The position numbers and the translations under genes are program-made. DNA of 64,000 nucleotides from Octopus vulgaris (lineage: Eukaryota): positions 82,212,001 through 82,276,000 of the forward strand of contig OX597826.1 of the NCBI GenBank assembly GCA_951406725.2. The letters run 5' to 3'. Positions 1-11,877 of the stretch are shown here, one piece after another. Position 1 is the stretch's first letter. Each line of letters opens with the position of its first letter. The notes beneath the pieces were generated by a model. The model was not told the DNA's origin. It saw nothing but the letters and a program-made list of their open reading frames with translations, and did not search any database.

Positions 1-716
1 ATGAATTGCAAATTTTCAGTAATGAGGCAAAAAAAAAAAAGCTCGCGCCTCGTTCATTATTTCATTACGTCACACTTAGTTAACATCTATTTATGTCCAT
101 ATTGTAATTTGCATAAAAATAACTTATTGCCGTCTACCGCCACAGCCACACGAGGGAAACATGCGGATGCTGGTCGTTCTTTGTAATTGCTTCGTGATAT
201 TGCGTGCCACACACACACACTAACACACACACGCAGAGACATACAGGCAGATACACACACATCCTCTCTACTGTGATGGAAAGTGATGCAATATAACCTC
301 ATCCTGAGTTAATGTCTGCTAGCAATACTCTAATATATCTTGGTGCCATTCCTTAGTTAAATTCCTGAATTGTTTGGAAAGAACTGCTCTGAACTATAGA
401 AATTTAGATATTCAGCCTTCAACGTTAATTTTATAAAGAAACAACTCTATCAGCTGAAGGGACAAGGGACTCATCCTTATTGAGCTGTTCTGCTCTCTAC
501 GTGACAACGTATACAATAAGCAAATGTATAAACCGGAATAAACAATGCTGGGACGATGGTTGAAGATCCAATGAGAATGAGAGGAAAATAAGGTCACGAG
601 TCCGTTGCCGCTCCTAATTTCCCGAGTATTTGGTTCGGTTTCCTTTCTCTTTTGAAGTGATTTCCTGTCACAAGCGTGAGTAACACTTTCAGGAAATATA
701 TGACCAACGCTTTACA

Positions 717-1040
717 TTGATTAAATATAGCATGAAGCTGGGTATCTGTGACCTCGATTCCTTGCTAATCTTTTCACGGAATGAACCTTTCATACAATTT
801 TCATGTCTAATCGATTCACTTCTCAATGACCCTTCGTGCTTTTTGTTGCATCGAGATTCCGTTTGCCACAGTTTTGTACCAAAAGTTTGTATCGAGATGA
901 TATTTCTGCAGCAGGACTGTGGCAGCGTTATAATGGATAGGAATGTATGAAATAAAGATTGTTTAGTTCAATAAAATACGGAGAATATCTCTCATCTCTT
1001 TATTTCTCTTCCTTACTCAATGCAATTATACATGGAACCG
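717..1040 (+). mobile_element. Highly decayed non-LTR (RTE-like) reverse transcriptase relic
   Basis: Translations LHRDSVCHSFVPKVCIEMI and SIKYGEYLSSLYFSSLLNAII resemble RT segments 'lhRdslw..lr.yGiP.k.i.mi' and 'GvkQGd.LSP.LF.l.lnai'; contains stops and frameshifts. Confidence 0.35.
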
Positions 1041-1589
1041 ACAATCTATCAATGAACGGACTCTTTACCGTATCAGTTTTCTTGGAGAACGTGTTTCTTG
1101 GAGAATGCGTTTCTCCTTTGAGGGAGGAGCGTTCGGAAAGGTCTGCAGTTACCATTCTCATGTCTCAACGAAGCCGATTCCAAGAAAGAAGATCGATGCC
1201 CAGAACTGATTGATACAACTTGTAATTATCTCATATAATGTCAAGGTTTAGTTGGAACTTGCTGAGCCGAAATGTAAAGAATTCAGTATATTGTTCAAAT
1301 CTATGACCATACACCTAACTATAGACAGACAGATGTGGAGCAGAAGGACGCAGCACATAAGGCATTCTATCTAACATTCTGACGGATTCGACACCTCGCG
1401 TGCGCGCACACAGAGGCACACGTACGCACATTTACTAATCCATTTATGAGAGCATCTTGTATCTGTACACATAACTACATATATCTATATGTGTGAAAAT
1501 ATGTGTATGTATATGCATGTACATGTATGTGTATATAGTCATATGTATGAACATTTACGTCCAGATAGACATATGTATTACAGTGTTTG

Positions 1590-1593
<4 letters not shown>

Positions 1594-1642
<49 letters not shown>
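1594..1642. repeat. (TA)n microsatellite
   Basis: Directly visible. Confidence 0.95.
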
Positions 1643-1645
<3 letters not shown>

Positions 1646-2029
1646 CATATAAACGTGTATATTTCTTTATACATCTACAGAAAATGCATGATACTTATGC
1701 ATTACGTTGACGTGACAATAAAATCATGAAGTTACATGAATGCATTGTATGCATCTATCAGAATAGATATACAAATAACCACGCTGAAACCGGTTAGAAA
1801 ACCTCAATAAATATTTATAGCAACCCAGTATTTCAATCCGTATCTTCCCATATGACACACTTTGAAATTTCTTATTAGAAATCAAGTTATGTCAAAGAAT
1901 TCAATCTTATTTTGAAATTGCTGGGCGAGAAACTAATTCATTTACAAATATTCTTTTGTGAACAATGAAATATTAAATATCAACATTGTATACAAAGAAA
2001 CTCATGATCTGAATCTGACGCACCTGAAT

Positions 2030-2400
2030 ACACAATTACTTCCAGGCTTGACTGAACTGTAAACAACAACACAACACCCATATAGAACGAAACAAAGTCT
2101 TCCAACAATATTCTATCAATCGACTCTCTACACATATACTATCCTCCTCTCCTGTGGTATGCCTCTTCCTACACAAGTAATTCCCAGACGTATGTACAGT
2201 AATTCTAATTAACACTTCACATAACTCCTCAAACCCCAGTAAAAACACCATGTCAAAGACTAAATAAAGACAAAAGGAAACAAGGTGTAGCACAGTCTGA
2301 CGAAGGATAACAGACCGAAACTTCAAATTTATTGTCACAACTCTTCTTCTATAAGTTCAACAAACAAGCATCTGGAAAGAAGTTTCGAGTAATTCTTCAG
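2030..2400 (+). mobile_element. Possible Penelope-like terminal-repeat relic
   Basis: CTGACGA-AGG-n8-CC-GAAAC at 2297-2321 is the hammerhead-like signature typical of Penelope terminal repeats; stems I and III are not intact. Confidence 0.3.
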
Positions 2401-2449
2401 CTTAATGTTACAAATTTATTTTATATATCACCTGACATAACAATAGACG

Positions 2450-2452
<3 letters not shown>

Positions 2453-2483
<31 letters not shown>

Positions 2484-2530
2484 TAGATAGATAGATAGAT
2501 AGATAGAGAAATACACAGACACAGACACAG

Positions 2531-2619
<89 letters not shown>

Positions 2620-2790
2620 CATACACATAAATCTACATACAAATAAATGCACATATACATGCACGCATACATATATACATAGATACATGCACACACAAAC
2701 ACGTATATAACTATAAATACACACACATACACAACACACACAAACATATATATATGCTTGTGTGTGTGTGCACATATGTATGTATATACA
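2453..2790. repeat. Compound microsatellite (TA)n/(GATA)n/(CA)n
   Basis: Directly visible; explains the low-complexity ORFs at 2408-2826. Confidence 0.95.
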
Positions 2791-3254
2791 AATCCGACAT
2801 TTGGAGAAGGATCTTTGCAAACGCATTATTTTGTTCCTTTTGCAATCTAGAATCGTCTAGTTATTAAAAAGCTTATATTGATAGATTTTGGGAGAGTTGA
2901 GTGCACGATGATATTACCACTTGCAGACACACACGCACATATATATATATAAAAGCAAAGTATCAAGATGTAGGAAGATTATAAGCTTCGAGAAGTCCAT
3001 AGAAGATATAAATTTCAGGAACAGCAGTGGTTTATTGACTTTTAGAGGGTTGTAAGTTTTTGCCGTATTGAGATAGCAGTCAAAATTTGAATCTAAAACC
3101 GCTTCATATATTCATACGGCACAAGGTGAAAAGACAAATAGACAAATAAACTAACAAAAATTATTGGATAATCTCAGATCCGGATTTCTGGTTCTGTATA
3201 AAAATATACCCCGCCTCCTCAGTAACATAAACACAGATAGTACATAATTACAAA

Positions 3255-3318
3255 TATGCCTCAGAGAAATCCAAACGATTATGCTGACGAGTACTGCCCA
3301 CATCCTTAGAAAAAACTC
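3255..3318 (+). mobile_element. R4/Dong LINE extreme C-terminal relic
   Basis: Translates CLREIQTIMLTSTAHILRK, matching the R4/Dong terminal motif Qk..LlgTAhILRK. Confidence 0.45.
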
Positions 3319-3499
3319 ATGATATTAAATGTGCTGTATTACATGGAGATATTTCGATGCTGTCCCTTCAACTTGCCCTCCCCAAGATTTCAGTCATACT
3401 GTAATATCTTTTATCCTTCACTCGCCCTATGACGCTGGTGGTATCTCAGCAAGTGATTATAACAAACATACAGATTGAAAGTAAATAATAATAATAATT

Positions 3500-3775
3500 A
3501 TGCTTTCTAATTGACGTATCAATACTAGCAGATGACAAAATTTCTCTAAAAGTAATGGAAAAACTTTTAAAATATAAAGACCTGAAAAAAAGGTAACTCG
3601 AATGTGGAGTCTAAAAACAGAAGCAATTCCTATCATTGTAGGCGCTTTAGGTATGATAAAAAACATTCAGATAAATACGTGACAAAAACACCAGGACTAA
3701 TAAATATATATAACATGCAGAAAATAGCACTACTTGGCACCGCACACATCCTACGTAAAGCACTTTCAATACAGA
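3500..3775 (+). mobile_element. R4/Dong LINE 3' fragment (restriction-like endonuclease tail)
   Basis: ADDKISLKVMEKLLKYKDLKKKVTRMWSLKTEAIPIIVGALGM/KKHSDKYVTKTPGLINIYNMQKIALLGTAHILRKALSIQ with one frameshift; preceded by a short (TAA)n. Confidence 0.85.
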
Positions 3776-3827
3776 TGGGCTCCAGCAAATATTCTGCTCA
3801 ATACCACAGATTTGCTTGTCAGTTGTA
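3776..3827 (+). repeat. Fragment of the ~500 bp (TAA)-tailed dispersed repeat
   Basis: atgggctccagcaaatattctgctcaataccacagatttgcttgtcagttgt matches the copies near 5990 and 52097. Confidence 0.85.
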
Positions 3828-5843
3828 TCCGCCGAAATAGGTGATGAGGTCCCGTGGGTCGGATAGTCTGGATTCACTTATGGCTGCAACATCTAAGGGA
3901 CCTCAGGTCATTTAAAAGTTGACCTTGTTTCCAAGGCAACCCGAGGTCCCTAACATTTATACAACCTATTCTGAGCATCACCATTATAAAATAAATTTAG
4001 GCTGGAGAAGAGCTCTACTTACCATTGCTGTTTGGCAGGGGTGTCCACCTGGTTTTCGCTGTGGGCGTTTCCACGTGGTATTTGAACAGTCTTTGCGAAA
4101 ATGTTTTTTCAAAAGACCCAACAACATTTGGAAAGTTGATTTTTAATGTGTTGTAACGTGTCGTGCTTTAGTTTTACAATTTGTATGTGTGGTGGTGGTG
4201 GTGCATTGTGTGTTGGGAAGTAAAAGTCTTCCATTGTGGTGTCTCTGTGTTGTCTGATGTATTTAACAAGGCGTGTGTTGTCGGTGTCGATGGCTGTGAG
4301 GTTGGTGGTGTTTGTGCAGTCTGTTTGTGCTCTGTACTGTGTCGGTGATTGTGGTGGTAGTGTTGTTGTTTGCTGTGTTTGCGTGTTGCTGCTATTGGGA
4401 ATTTCCTCCTGTTTGCGACTCTCTCTTTTTTTTCTACTGTCTTTCTTTTCCTTTTTTGTGGGGGAACAGTTTGCCACTCTCCCTTCTCGGCCACAATACT
4501 CGAACACACTCCGAGTTGTTTTGGTCGGGAAGGGGGATATACTCTGGCTGCTCGTATTGCTGGGGTTCACATGTTGCTGGTGGTGGTGCCTTGGTGTAGT
4601 CTGGAGTTGTCGGTGGTGATGGGGCTAGTTCCTGCTGCGGCTGTGGTTGCTGCCGCTGTGGTTGCTGCCGCTGTTGCACTGGAGTTTCCCCCGTTTCTGC
4701 TGTCGCTTGCAGCTTCCCTCTCATCTCATTGTGTTCGGGACAGTCAACCTGGAGGTGCTGATCGCTTCCACAAACAGCACCTCAGACGCCTGCTCTCCAC
4801 GGCCACGTGCAGTCTCGTGCCGCCTGGTAAATTTATGGCATCAGGGATATAATTTAGGGCCTCTTGTTCAATTTGAATCCTTGACCTGTCCAATTTTGTT
4901 GGTTCAATTTATGCACCTCCAGTATATTGGCGATGTCTTCTATATCGTACAGGGCACCCGCCACCAGCCAGCGTATATTTATTTCAGGGGACACCTCTGC
5001 AATCTTAATTTTTGTAACGCGCCGACCAAGATATTAATGGCGTTCTGGAATGTTTTCTTGCTTCTTCCTCCGTTGCGAGGCGCACTTGCACAGAACCAAA
5101 TCATTTTCTCCGTGTCACATAAGTTTTGTTTTTCCAAATCGGTTTCAGTATTAATTCCAACCGTTTTTGTGTTGCTCTTTCCAAAGCCCTTTTTCTCTTG
5201 TTTATACATTTGTATGTAATTTTTTTACGTTTTGTGTCCATCATAATTTCTGTTCAAGTATTTAGTGAGACATTATTGCCTTGTTTCCCTAAAACAGCTC
5301 CTTTGAATTTTTTAAAATCCTCTAAAATGTAAGATTTAATTTTTATTGCGTTTGTTTCGGCGCGGAAGCGAAACCGTGTCTGCTTCAATTGTCATTTTCG
5401 CTCGTGCTGCTATTTTTTCTTTTTTTTTTTTGCTTGTCGTTACTTTACTCGTTCCAGTCGGTGGTGGCGACGGCGGCGTCTACTTGGCTTTTCTTTCTTT
5501 CTTTTTCTGTATCAATCGTGGTGCAGGTGTTATGAGTGAATTTCCTACTGCTACACGTACTGTTCAGAGGAGGGCAATCTTGGCTGTGTTGGCTGAGAAC
5601 AGCCACTGCTACTACCCTCGACAGAGGAAGCCATCTTGCTTTTTCGTTAGACGAAGAATCGAAAAAGATTTCTAATGAACAAAAAAAAATCTAAAATTCG
5701 CTCCTTAAAGGAGGAAATTTCAACAAAAGAAACCCTTCTGCACACCAAAAGGGGTTCGGAAAAAAAGTCAAATAAACTTGAAAAAAAAAACTCCAGAAAA
5801 TCCAAACTTACGGAGCGCTGAAATCACGTCTTAACTCGCCGTC
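3828..5843 (-). mobile_element. Tx1/L1-clade LINE, 5' half (5'UTR, ORF1 with zinc knuckle, start of APE endonuclease)
   Basis: Minus strand begins gacggcgagttaagacgtg...agcgctcc (L1-like 5' end). ORF1 pieces YLGRRVTKIKIAEVSPEINIRW and IPDAINLPGGTRLHVAVESRRLRCC-CGSDQHLQVDCP (CCHC knuckle). ORF2 starts at ~3984 with MLRIGCINVRDL...DVAAISESRL (APE motifs). Truncated at ~3828. Confidence 0.8.
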
Positions 5844-5909
5844 AACAACAATAATGATAAGAAGAAAAAGAAGAAAAAAACAAAGAGGAAGAAGAAATAA
5901 AAAAAGTAA

Positions 5910-6449
5910 CAGACTGGCTTTCTTGGCTACTCATCTTAACTGATTGGAAGAGTCATCATATACATTGTTTAGTCTTGGTATATAAAAAAAAGGGCTGCAA
6001 CAAATATTCTGCTCAACACCACAGATTTGCTTGTCAGGTCTTTGATCTTAACCAGTTGAGCATGTCCTTTAATGGCTGACGATATGTGCATTTCTTATCA
6101 CGAGCAGAAGTAGTGGGGGAGCATCATAGCCATATGTTGAAAGGAATTCTTTGGGATTTGAATAATTCACCTTTGAAAACATAGGTGTTTCGTTCAACAT
6201 CATTAAAGAAACCTCATTCAGGGACCTTTTGAGTGGGATGGGCTACTTGACCAGAAGAAAATTCTAACTGGGCCCCACCTGCAAGATCATGCGCTGTTTA
6301 TCTTGATATGAGATCACCATGTCGCGCACATATGGGTGTGATGCATGTGCCTGCTGTACCCTTGACAGACGGGTAGTCATGATGGGTATACTGGGCTTCG
6401 TATATCTATACCTCAGTATCACTTTGATGGCATGCATTGCTCTCTCACT
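5910..6449 (+). repeat. ~500 bp non-coding dispersed repeat, copy 1
   Basis: Colinear, by-eye high identity with 52053-52556. Confidence 0.9.
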
Positions 6450-6459
6450 AACAAGAAGA

Positions 6460-6648
6460 ACCCTTTCTACTAAAGGCACAAGGCCTGAAATTTGAGAGGG
6501 GGAGCGTTGCTGTCGATTACATCGACCCCTGTGTTTCACTGATACTTAATTTATCGACCCCGAAAAGCAAAGTCGACCTCGACGGAATTTGGACTCCGAA
6601 CGTAGCAACGGGTGATATACCGCTAACCATTCTGCCAGCTCGACGCTT
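6460..6648 (-). mobile_element. tRNA-derived SINE (octopus-type)
   Basis: Minus strand gagctggcagaatggttagc... ...gagtccaaattccgtcgaggtcgactttgc...ggggtcgataaattaagta gives A/B-box-like head plus body; ctctcact on both sides may be a TSD. Confidence 0.75.
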
Positions 6649-6675
6649 TTCTCTCACTCAGTAATAGCAACAATA

Positions 6676-6810
6676 AGGGTTTCAAATTTTGGCACAAAGC
6701 CAGCAATTTTGGGGGAGTGCGGTAGTCGATTACACCGCACCTATTATTAAAATGATACTTATTTTATCGACCCCGAAAGGATGAAAGGCAAAGTCAACCT
6801 CGGCGGAAAT
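6676..6810 (-). mobile_element. Second, truncated copy of the same SINE
   Basis: Shares tttatcgaccccgaaa...aaagtc.acctcg.cggaa and ggcacaa.gcc..aattt with 6460-6648. Confidence 0.7.
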
Positions 6811-6866
6811 ATCGACAATAATAATAACATAAGACATTATAAGTTTTGGTGCGTAACTTATGGCTC

Positions 6867-6919
<53 letters not shown>

Positions 6920-7424
6920 CCGTCTCTCTCACTCTCTTTTCCAATATAGTTACGCTCACAGAGGTGTATTAATCTCCCCCACTGAGTATATGAACATTTC
7001 AAAACACTCTATCATGCACATTTATCTTTAATTTTTAAGATTCGTGGGTGTCCAGATACAAAGAGGATCGAATATATATATCAATAATTATATTTTATAA
7101 GCTTAATGCTTATAAGAGATCACCGTGCAATGACTAAAGAAAATAGTCTAATATTGAGGCAAATAAACCCTTGACGGAAGAAAGTAGGGCTCCTATACCC
7201 GTGGCACTCAAACCTGCTGTAAGTTTGTGTCCCACGCGTATAAGAACCCTACTTTTTTCCATCAAGGGCTTATATACCTCGTATACCATCTCCACCACCA
7301 CCACCACCAGAAAATGTTGTTGACACACTACGGCAGAAATTGTTTTCACCTTAATAGACGTCATTGACTGGTTGAAATTGCCGAAATGCAAGAAAATAAA
7401 CAATAGCTTACAAACTACAGAATT

Positions 7425-7876
7425 GGATCTTTTCGGTTTGAACGGCAGTTTTTTCCAGCGGTGTCATATGAAATTGTCACCCATAATTATGCCCCTAGTA
7501 TCGATCTATTGCATTTCAATCTGTTTTAGGGTTAGGGTTAGAGTTCGGGTTAGTTAGGGTTAGTTAGCGTTAGGGTTAGGGGTGGGGGAAGGGTATCTTT
7601 CTTTCTTCAGAAATGTAAATAAACCCAATCTGTTTCTTAAACGAGAGAATATTCATACGGCACAGAATGTTTTCACCTCAATAGACGTCATTGATTGGTT
7701 TAAATTGCAGAAATTGAAAAAAAAACAACAAATATCTTACAAACTATAGAATTTTCTCAATAAAGCCAAGAGAAAAACGATGTTTTATAAACACATTCTA
7801 CCAGTATACGAAGTTTAAAAGTGTTTAGTTACAAAGAAATTATTTTAAAAATATGCCGGTCAAAGCGAAAAGATCC
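7425..7876. mobile_element. Non-autonomous TIR element (MITE) carrying degenerate TTAGGG repeats
   Basis: 23 bp TIRs at 7425-7447 and 7854-7876 with 2 mismatches and GG..CC termini; TTAGGG-like tract at 7526-7581. Confidence 0.75.
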
Positions 7877-8407
7877 TGCTATACACCTTAGAATGTATCT
7901 ACATGACGCCTGCTATTTCTTCAATAATATACAATAACGAAGGGGATTGACTTTTGAGTTTGTTTAAAAAGAGAGACTAAAATTGCTTGTTCCTGTCGGT
8001 GGTGGCGATGGCGGCGTCTACTTGGCTTTTCTTTCTTTCTTTTTCTGCATCAATCGTGGTGCAGATGTTATGAGTGTTGTCACGTGATTGTATAACTGTT
8101 ACCGACAAATGTTGCTTAGTTTTACCATAGCAGAAAACTCGTACATAGTAATTTAAAATGCTCGAAACGGAAACCAATATCTCTCAAATCACTCTGTATA
8201 ATAATAGGAGAGAGATTAAACTAATTATTTTTTCTGCAGTTTGTTTGTGCTAATACTAATTTAAATGACAATGCTCTGTCCTACCCTCTCTGACGAATTC
8301 TAGACCTTAGAAATAAACTATTACCGAAATAGTGCCTCCAACATTGCCTTTTGTGAGAAGTGGGGAGAGTAGACTTTGCTGCTGCGGCCCGGGTCGGAAT
8401 CCAGCCG

Positions 8408-8441
8408 TAATAATAATAATAATAATAATAACAACAACAAC

Positions 8442-8506
<65 letters not shown>
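8408..8506. repeat. (TAA)n/(CAA)n array, left flank of the Dong element
   Basis: Directly visible. Confidence 0.95.
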
Positions 8507-8508
<2 letters not shown>

Positions 8509-8514
8509 TTACGT

Positions 8515-10624
8515 ACTCCATTCTGATATCAGTACAGAAAGTATACAACGTATCAACGAGGGAACTGACTTTGGATTCATCTTTACCATAAAGTTTGAGG
8601 TCATCCATGAATAAAACGTGGTTGACTTTTTGTTGGCGGCTTTTGAATACATACCCGTTAGTGGTATCATGCACAGTACAAAGACCAGCGGGGACAGGCA
8701 GTCTCCTAGGAAGATGCCTCTCCTGATTTCTATTGTCTCTAAAATTCTTCCATATGCTGTCAGTTCCGTCCTCCACTTCGCCATACTTTTTCCAAGCAAT
8801 CGCTCAACATTCGATGCAATACCAAATAGGTACATACATTACATAACCAAGAATGTAGGATCATATCGAACGGCTTACGATAATCGATCCATGACATGGT
8901 AAGTTAGTTTTCCTCTTCTTGTAGTCCCTAAGTACAGTTTTGTCTATCAGGCGTTGGTCCTTGGTATCTCTGCACTTACGCTTGCAACCCTTCTGCTCAT
9001 GTGGCAGGAGTCCATTTTTCTGCAAATCTCCGTACATTGACTCTGTGAGTATACCAATCAATAACTTCCACATTAGTGGCAAGCAGGATGTCGACCTGTA
9101 ATTGTCAACCGTATTGCCTTTTTCGATGTTTTCCAGACACAGCCTTGTCCTACCCAATATCAACCACTCTGATGTTCCTTGGTCGGCATTTGATAAGGTG
9201 TTGAGTTGCCCAGCTATTCGTACATGACATTCACCAAATCTTTTGATTCAGTAGCCTTCAATTCCATCTGGTCTCGGGACCTTTCAGTTGCTCATTTTTG
9301 TGCTGATTTCCTTCACTTCCCGAACTGAAATGACTATTTCTGCCTGTTATGGACAGACTACTGATTGTTTCAGTTCTTGCAACAATTCAGCATCCTTCTT
9401 GTGTTCCTTGTCTTTGCTTCAGATGTCATTCTAAAAACTTTGACTTTCAATGTTATCTGGTATCAACTTTTCATCTGTACATCCTCCATTTATTTCTTTG
9501 TAGAATCTCTTCTGATCTACTCTGAATAACCTATTCTGGTGGTAACCCTTCATTCTTTGGTCGTATCTTACCATCTTTGCTTTCTTTGCAACGAGGCGCT
9601 GTTTCAGTCCCTCTATTATCACTTTCAGGCCCTTTCTTTCAATATCATACTCCCTGTTCAGTGCCCTGTATTTTTGTTCGCTTTTAAGCCCCCTTTCTTT
9701 TCGGTCTAACACAGAAATGTCCTTCCAGCGCATATCTAACGCCACCTGTATTCTTCTTTTCCACCATGCATCTTTTCTTTTGTCACTCCCATTATATTTC
9801 TTTTCTGCTACAACAATACTTGATCAAATCATTTGTTTCTGTGATTTTTTTTTGTCCTGATTTATTTCAGAATTTCATTCACATTTTTCGCTTCTTGGTT
9901 CAATTTCCACGGATCAACCTTTTTAAGGTTGCAAATAATGTTGCTATCGTTCTTTTGTAGCCTTGCCTTTATTCTGTCGTAGATTGCCTTTTGCTCATCT
10001 ATCATATCACAATTAGTTTTATTGTCTTCTTCCAAACCATCAATATGTCTCTCATCGAGCAAGCTATCACTGTCCCTTTTCCCGTGGTTTATTAGGGATT
10101 TCACCTCTGTTTTCTGTTATGAGATTACTTCTATTAGGAAGAATTGAATTTTCATCGATTCCTCTGTTACTCTTTTCCAATACCCATCTTTTGATAGCAT
10201 CCAGCTCTACTTCTGTGAACGAACGAGTTTTTCTTATTGTTCTTACTTGATCACATAATCTCTGTTCTGTGAGCTGAAACTATCTTCTTTCTCTCCATTG
10301 ATCATACATACGTTGTCAGTATCCCCTAAGATGAATTCTATTTTCGTCTACGGCGTTGCTCTGGTAGTAACACTCCATGACCACAGCATTAATTTGTTTG
10401 CTCCACCTACACCGTGTGTGCTGGTCCCTTGCTGGATAGCGACAGTCTGGAGTCGGACCAGAATCTCTGAGCCTACCGAGTGTAACACTGTCACCATCAT
10501 TGGCTTCAGTTTCATTCCCACCGTTATTCACAATATTTTGTTTTTTCATTGTCACTCATATGAGGTAGCGATTATCAGGTTGCGCAGTTACCAGTGTTTT
10601 TGTTGTGACACCATCACTAAATGT
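8515..10624 (-). mobile_element. R4/Dong LINE, inverted 5' segment (N-terminus to RT domain)
   Basis: RWSKQINAVVMECYY...GYRQRM..TEQRLCDQVRTIRK (R4/Dong N-terminus), NYRSTSCLPLMWKLL, EQKGCKRKCRDTKDQRLID, RRGIFLGDCLSPLVF, NHVLFMDDLKLY...TDIRME; many stops and frameshifts. Confidence 0.92.
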
Positions 10625-11829
10625 ATGGAGTTCGGACTGAAAAAGTGTGCTGTGTTGGTCTTGAAGAAAGGCAAAATCAAATGTATGGACAGGCTAGCGA
10701 TACCGTTGGGGCAAGTTATGAAGCATATAAAAGAGACGGGCTATAAGTACTTGGGGATATTGGGAATAGATAAATTGATGGAGAAAGAAATGACTGAAAA
10801 ATTTAAGGTGGAATACTTGCGCAGACTGAGGCTGATCCTTAAGTCGAAATTAAACGGACGGAATAAGAGCGAAGCTATCAACACTTGGGCGGTTTCACTC
10901 CCTAGATATGGAGCAGAGGTAATCGCATGGGCAGTAGATAAGCTAAACAGCTTAGACAGAAAGATAAGGAAGTTGCTATCTAGATATGGGTCACTCGAGC
11001 CAAAAAGTGTCACAGACAGACTGTATGTATCAAGAAAAAGAGGGGGAAGAGGACTTATTGGAAGTGAATACAGCATTAGAACAGAAGAAAACAACATAGC
11101 ATGGTATGCAAAAAATACCACTGAACCACTATCATTAGAAGTAAGAAGGTCAGGTTTGTATAGAATGGAAGATTGCAAAGATAAAGCACTGTACAGGGAT
11201 TTGTTGTCAAAATAACGAAATTGTAAGGCATATTACCAGTCAATGTACACCACAAGCGCAGAGGGAATATAAGAGTCGTCATGACAATATAGCAAGGATT
11301 GTCCATTGGACACTTTGTAACAAGTATGGACTTGAACAGAGCAAAAAATTGGTACGAACATAAATCCGAAGGCATCGTGGAAAATGATAATGCAAAGATC
11401 TTATGGAATTTTATGATTCAGTGCGACCATAAGACAAAGAATCGGCAGCCAGACACTGTTAATTGGGTGAGAAAGAAAACGATGCTGGATCATAGACATA
11501 GCATCTCCAGCTGACAAAAAGTTATGCGATAAAGAAGAAAGAAAAGTCGACAGATATGACAGGTTAGCTTGGGAGGTTAAGCAGCCGTTTGTCGCTGAAA
11601 AAGGTAGTAGTAATACCAATAATTGTCGGAGCCCTGGGAGCAGTGAGTAAAAATCTTGAGAAGTACATGGAACAAATAGGAGATGCAATAAGGGTGGAGT
11701 ATTTGCAGAAAACAGCACTGCTTGGAACCGCTCGAATACTCCGGAAGGTGCTCCAAAAATAAGATGTGTTATCGTAAGCTCACTGGTAGTGAACAGCTGC
11801 CACCGTAGTACATCTCCAACTGTTCAAAG
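10625..11829 (+). mobile_element. R4/Dong LINE, 3' segment (RT C-terminus, endonuclease, 3'UTR)
   Basis: MEFGLKKCAVLVLKKGK..YKYLGIL..DRLYVSRKRGGRGL..RHDNIARIVHW..ILWNFMIQCDH..PD..IDIASP..IPIIVGALG..QKTALLGTARILRKVL*; ends in (TAA)n; internal deletion near 11220. Confidence 0.92.

Positions 11830-11875
<46 letters not shown>
11830..11875. repeat. (TAA)n array, right flank or tail of the Dong element
   Basis: Directly visible. Confidence 0.95.

Positions 11876-11877
<2 letters not shown>

Noticed and set aside
7526-7588. True telomere or chromosome-fusion site
   Set aside because: Short, degenerate, single-orientation tract inside a TIR-bounded element
10298-11215. 305 aa ORF as a host gene
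   Set aside because: Chimeric: antisense read of the inverted Dong 5' segment fused at 10625 to Dong RT C-terminal sequence
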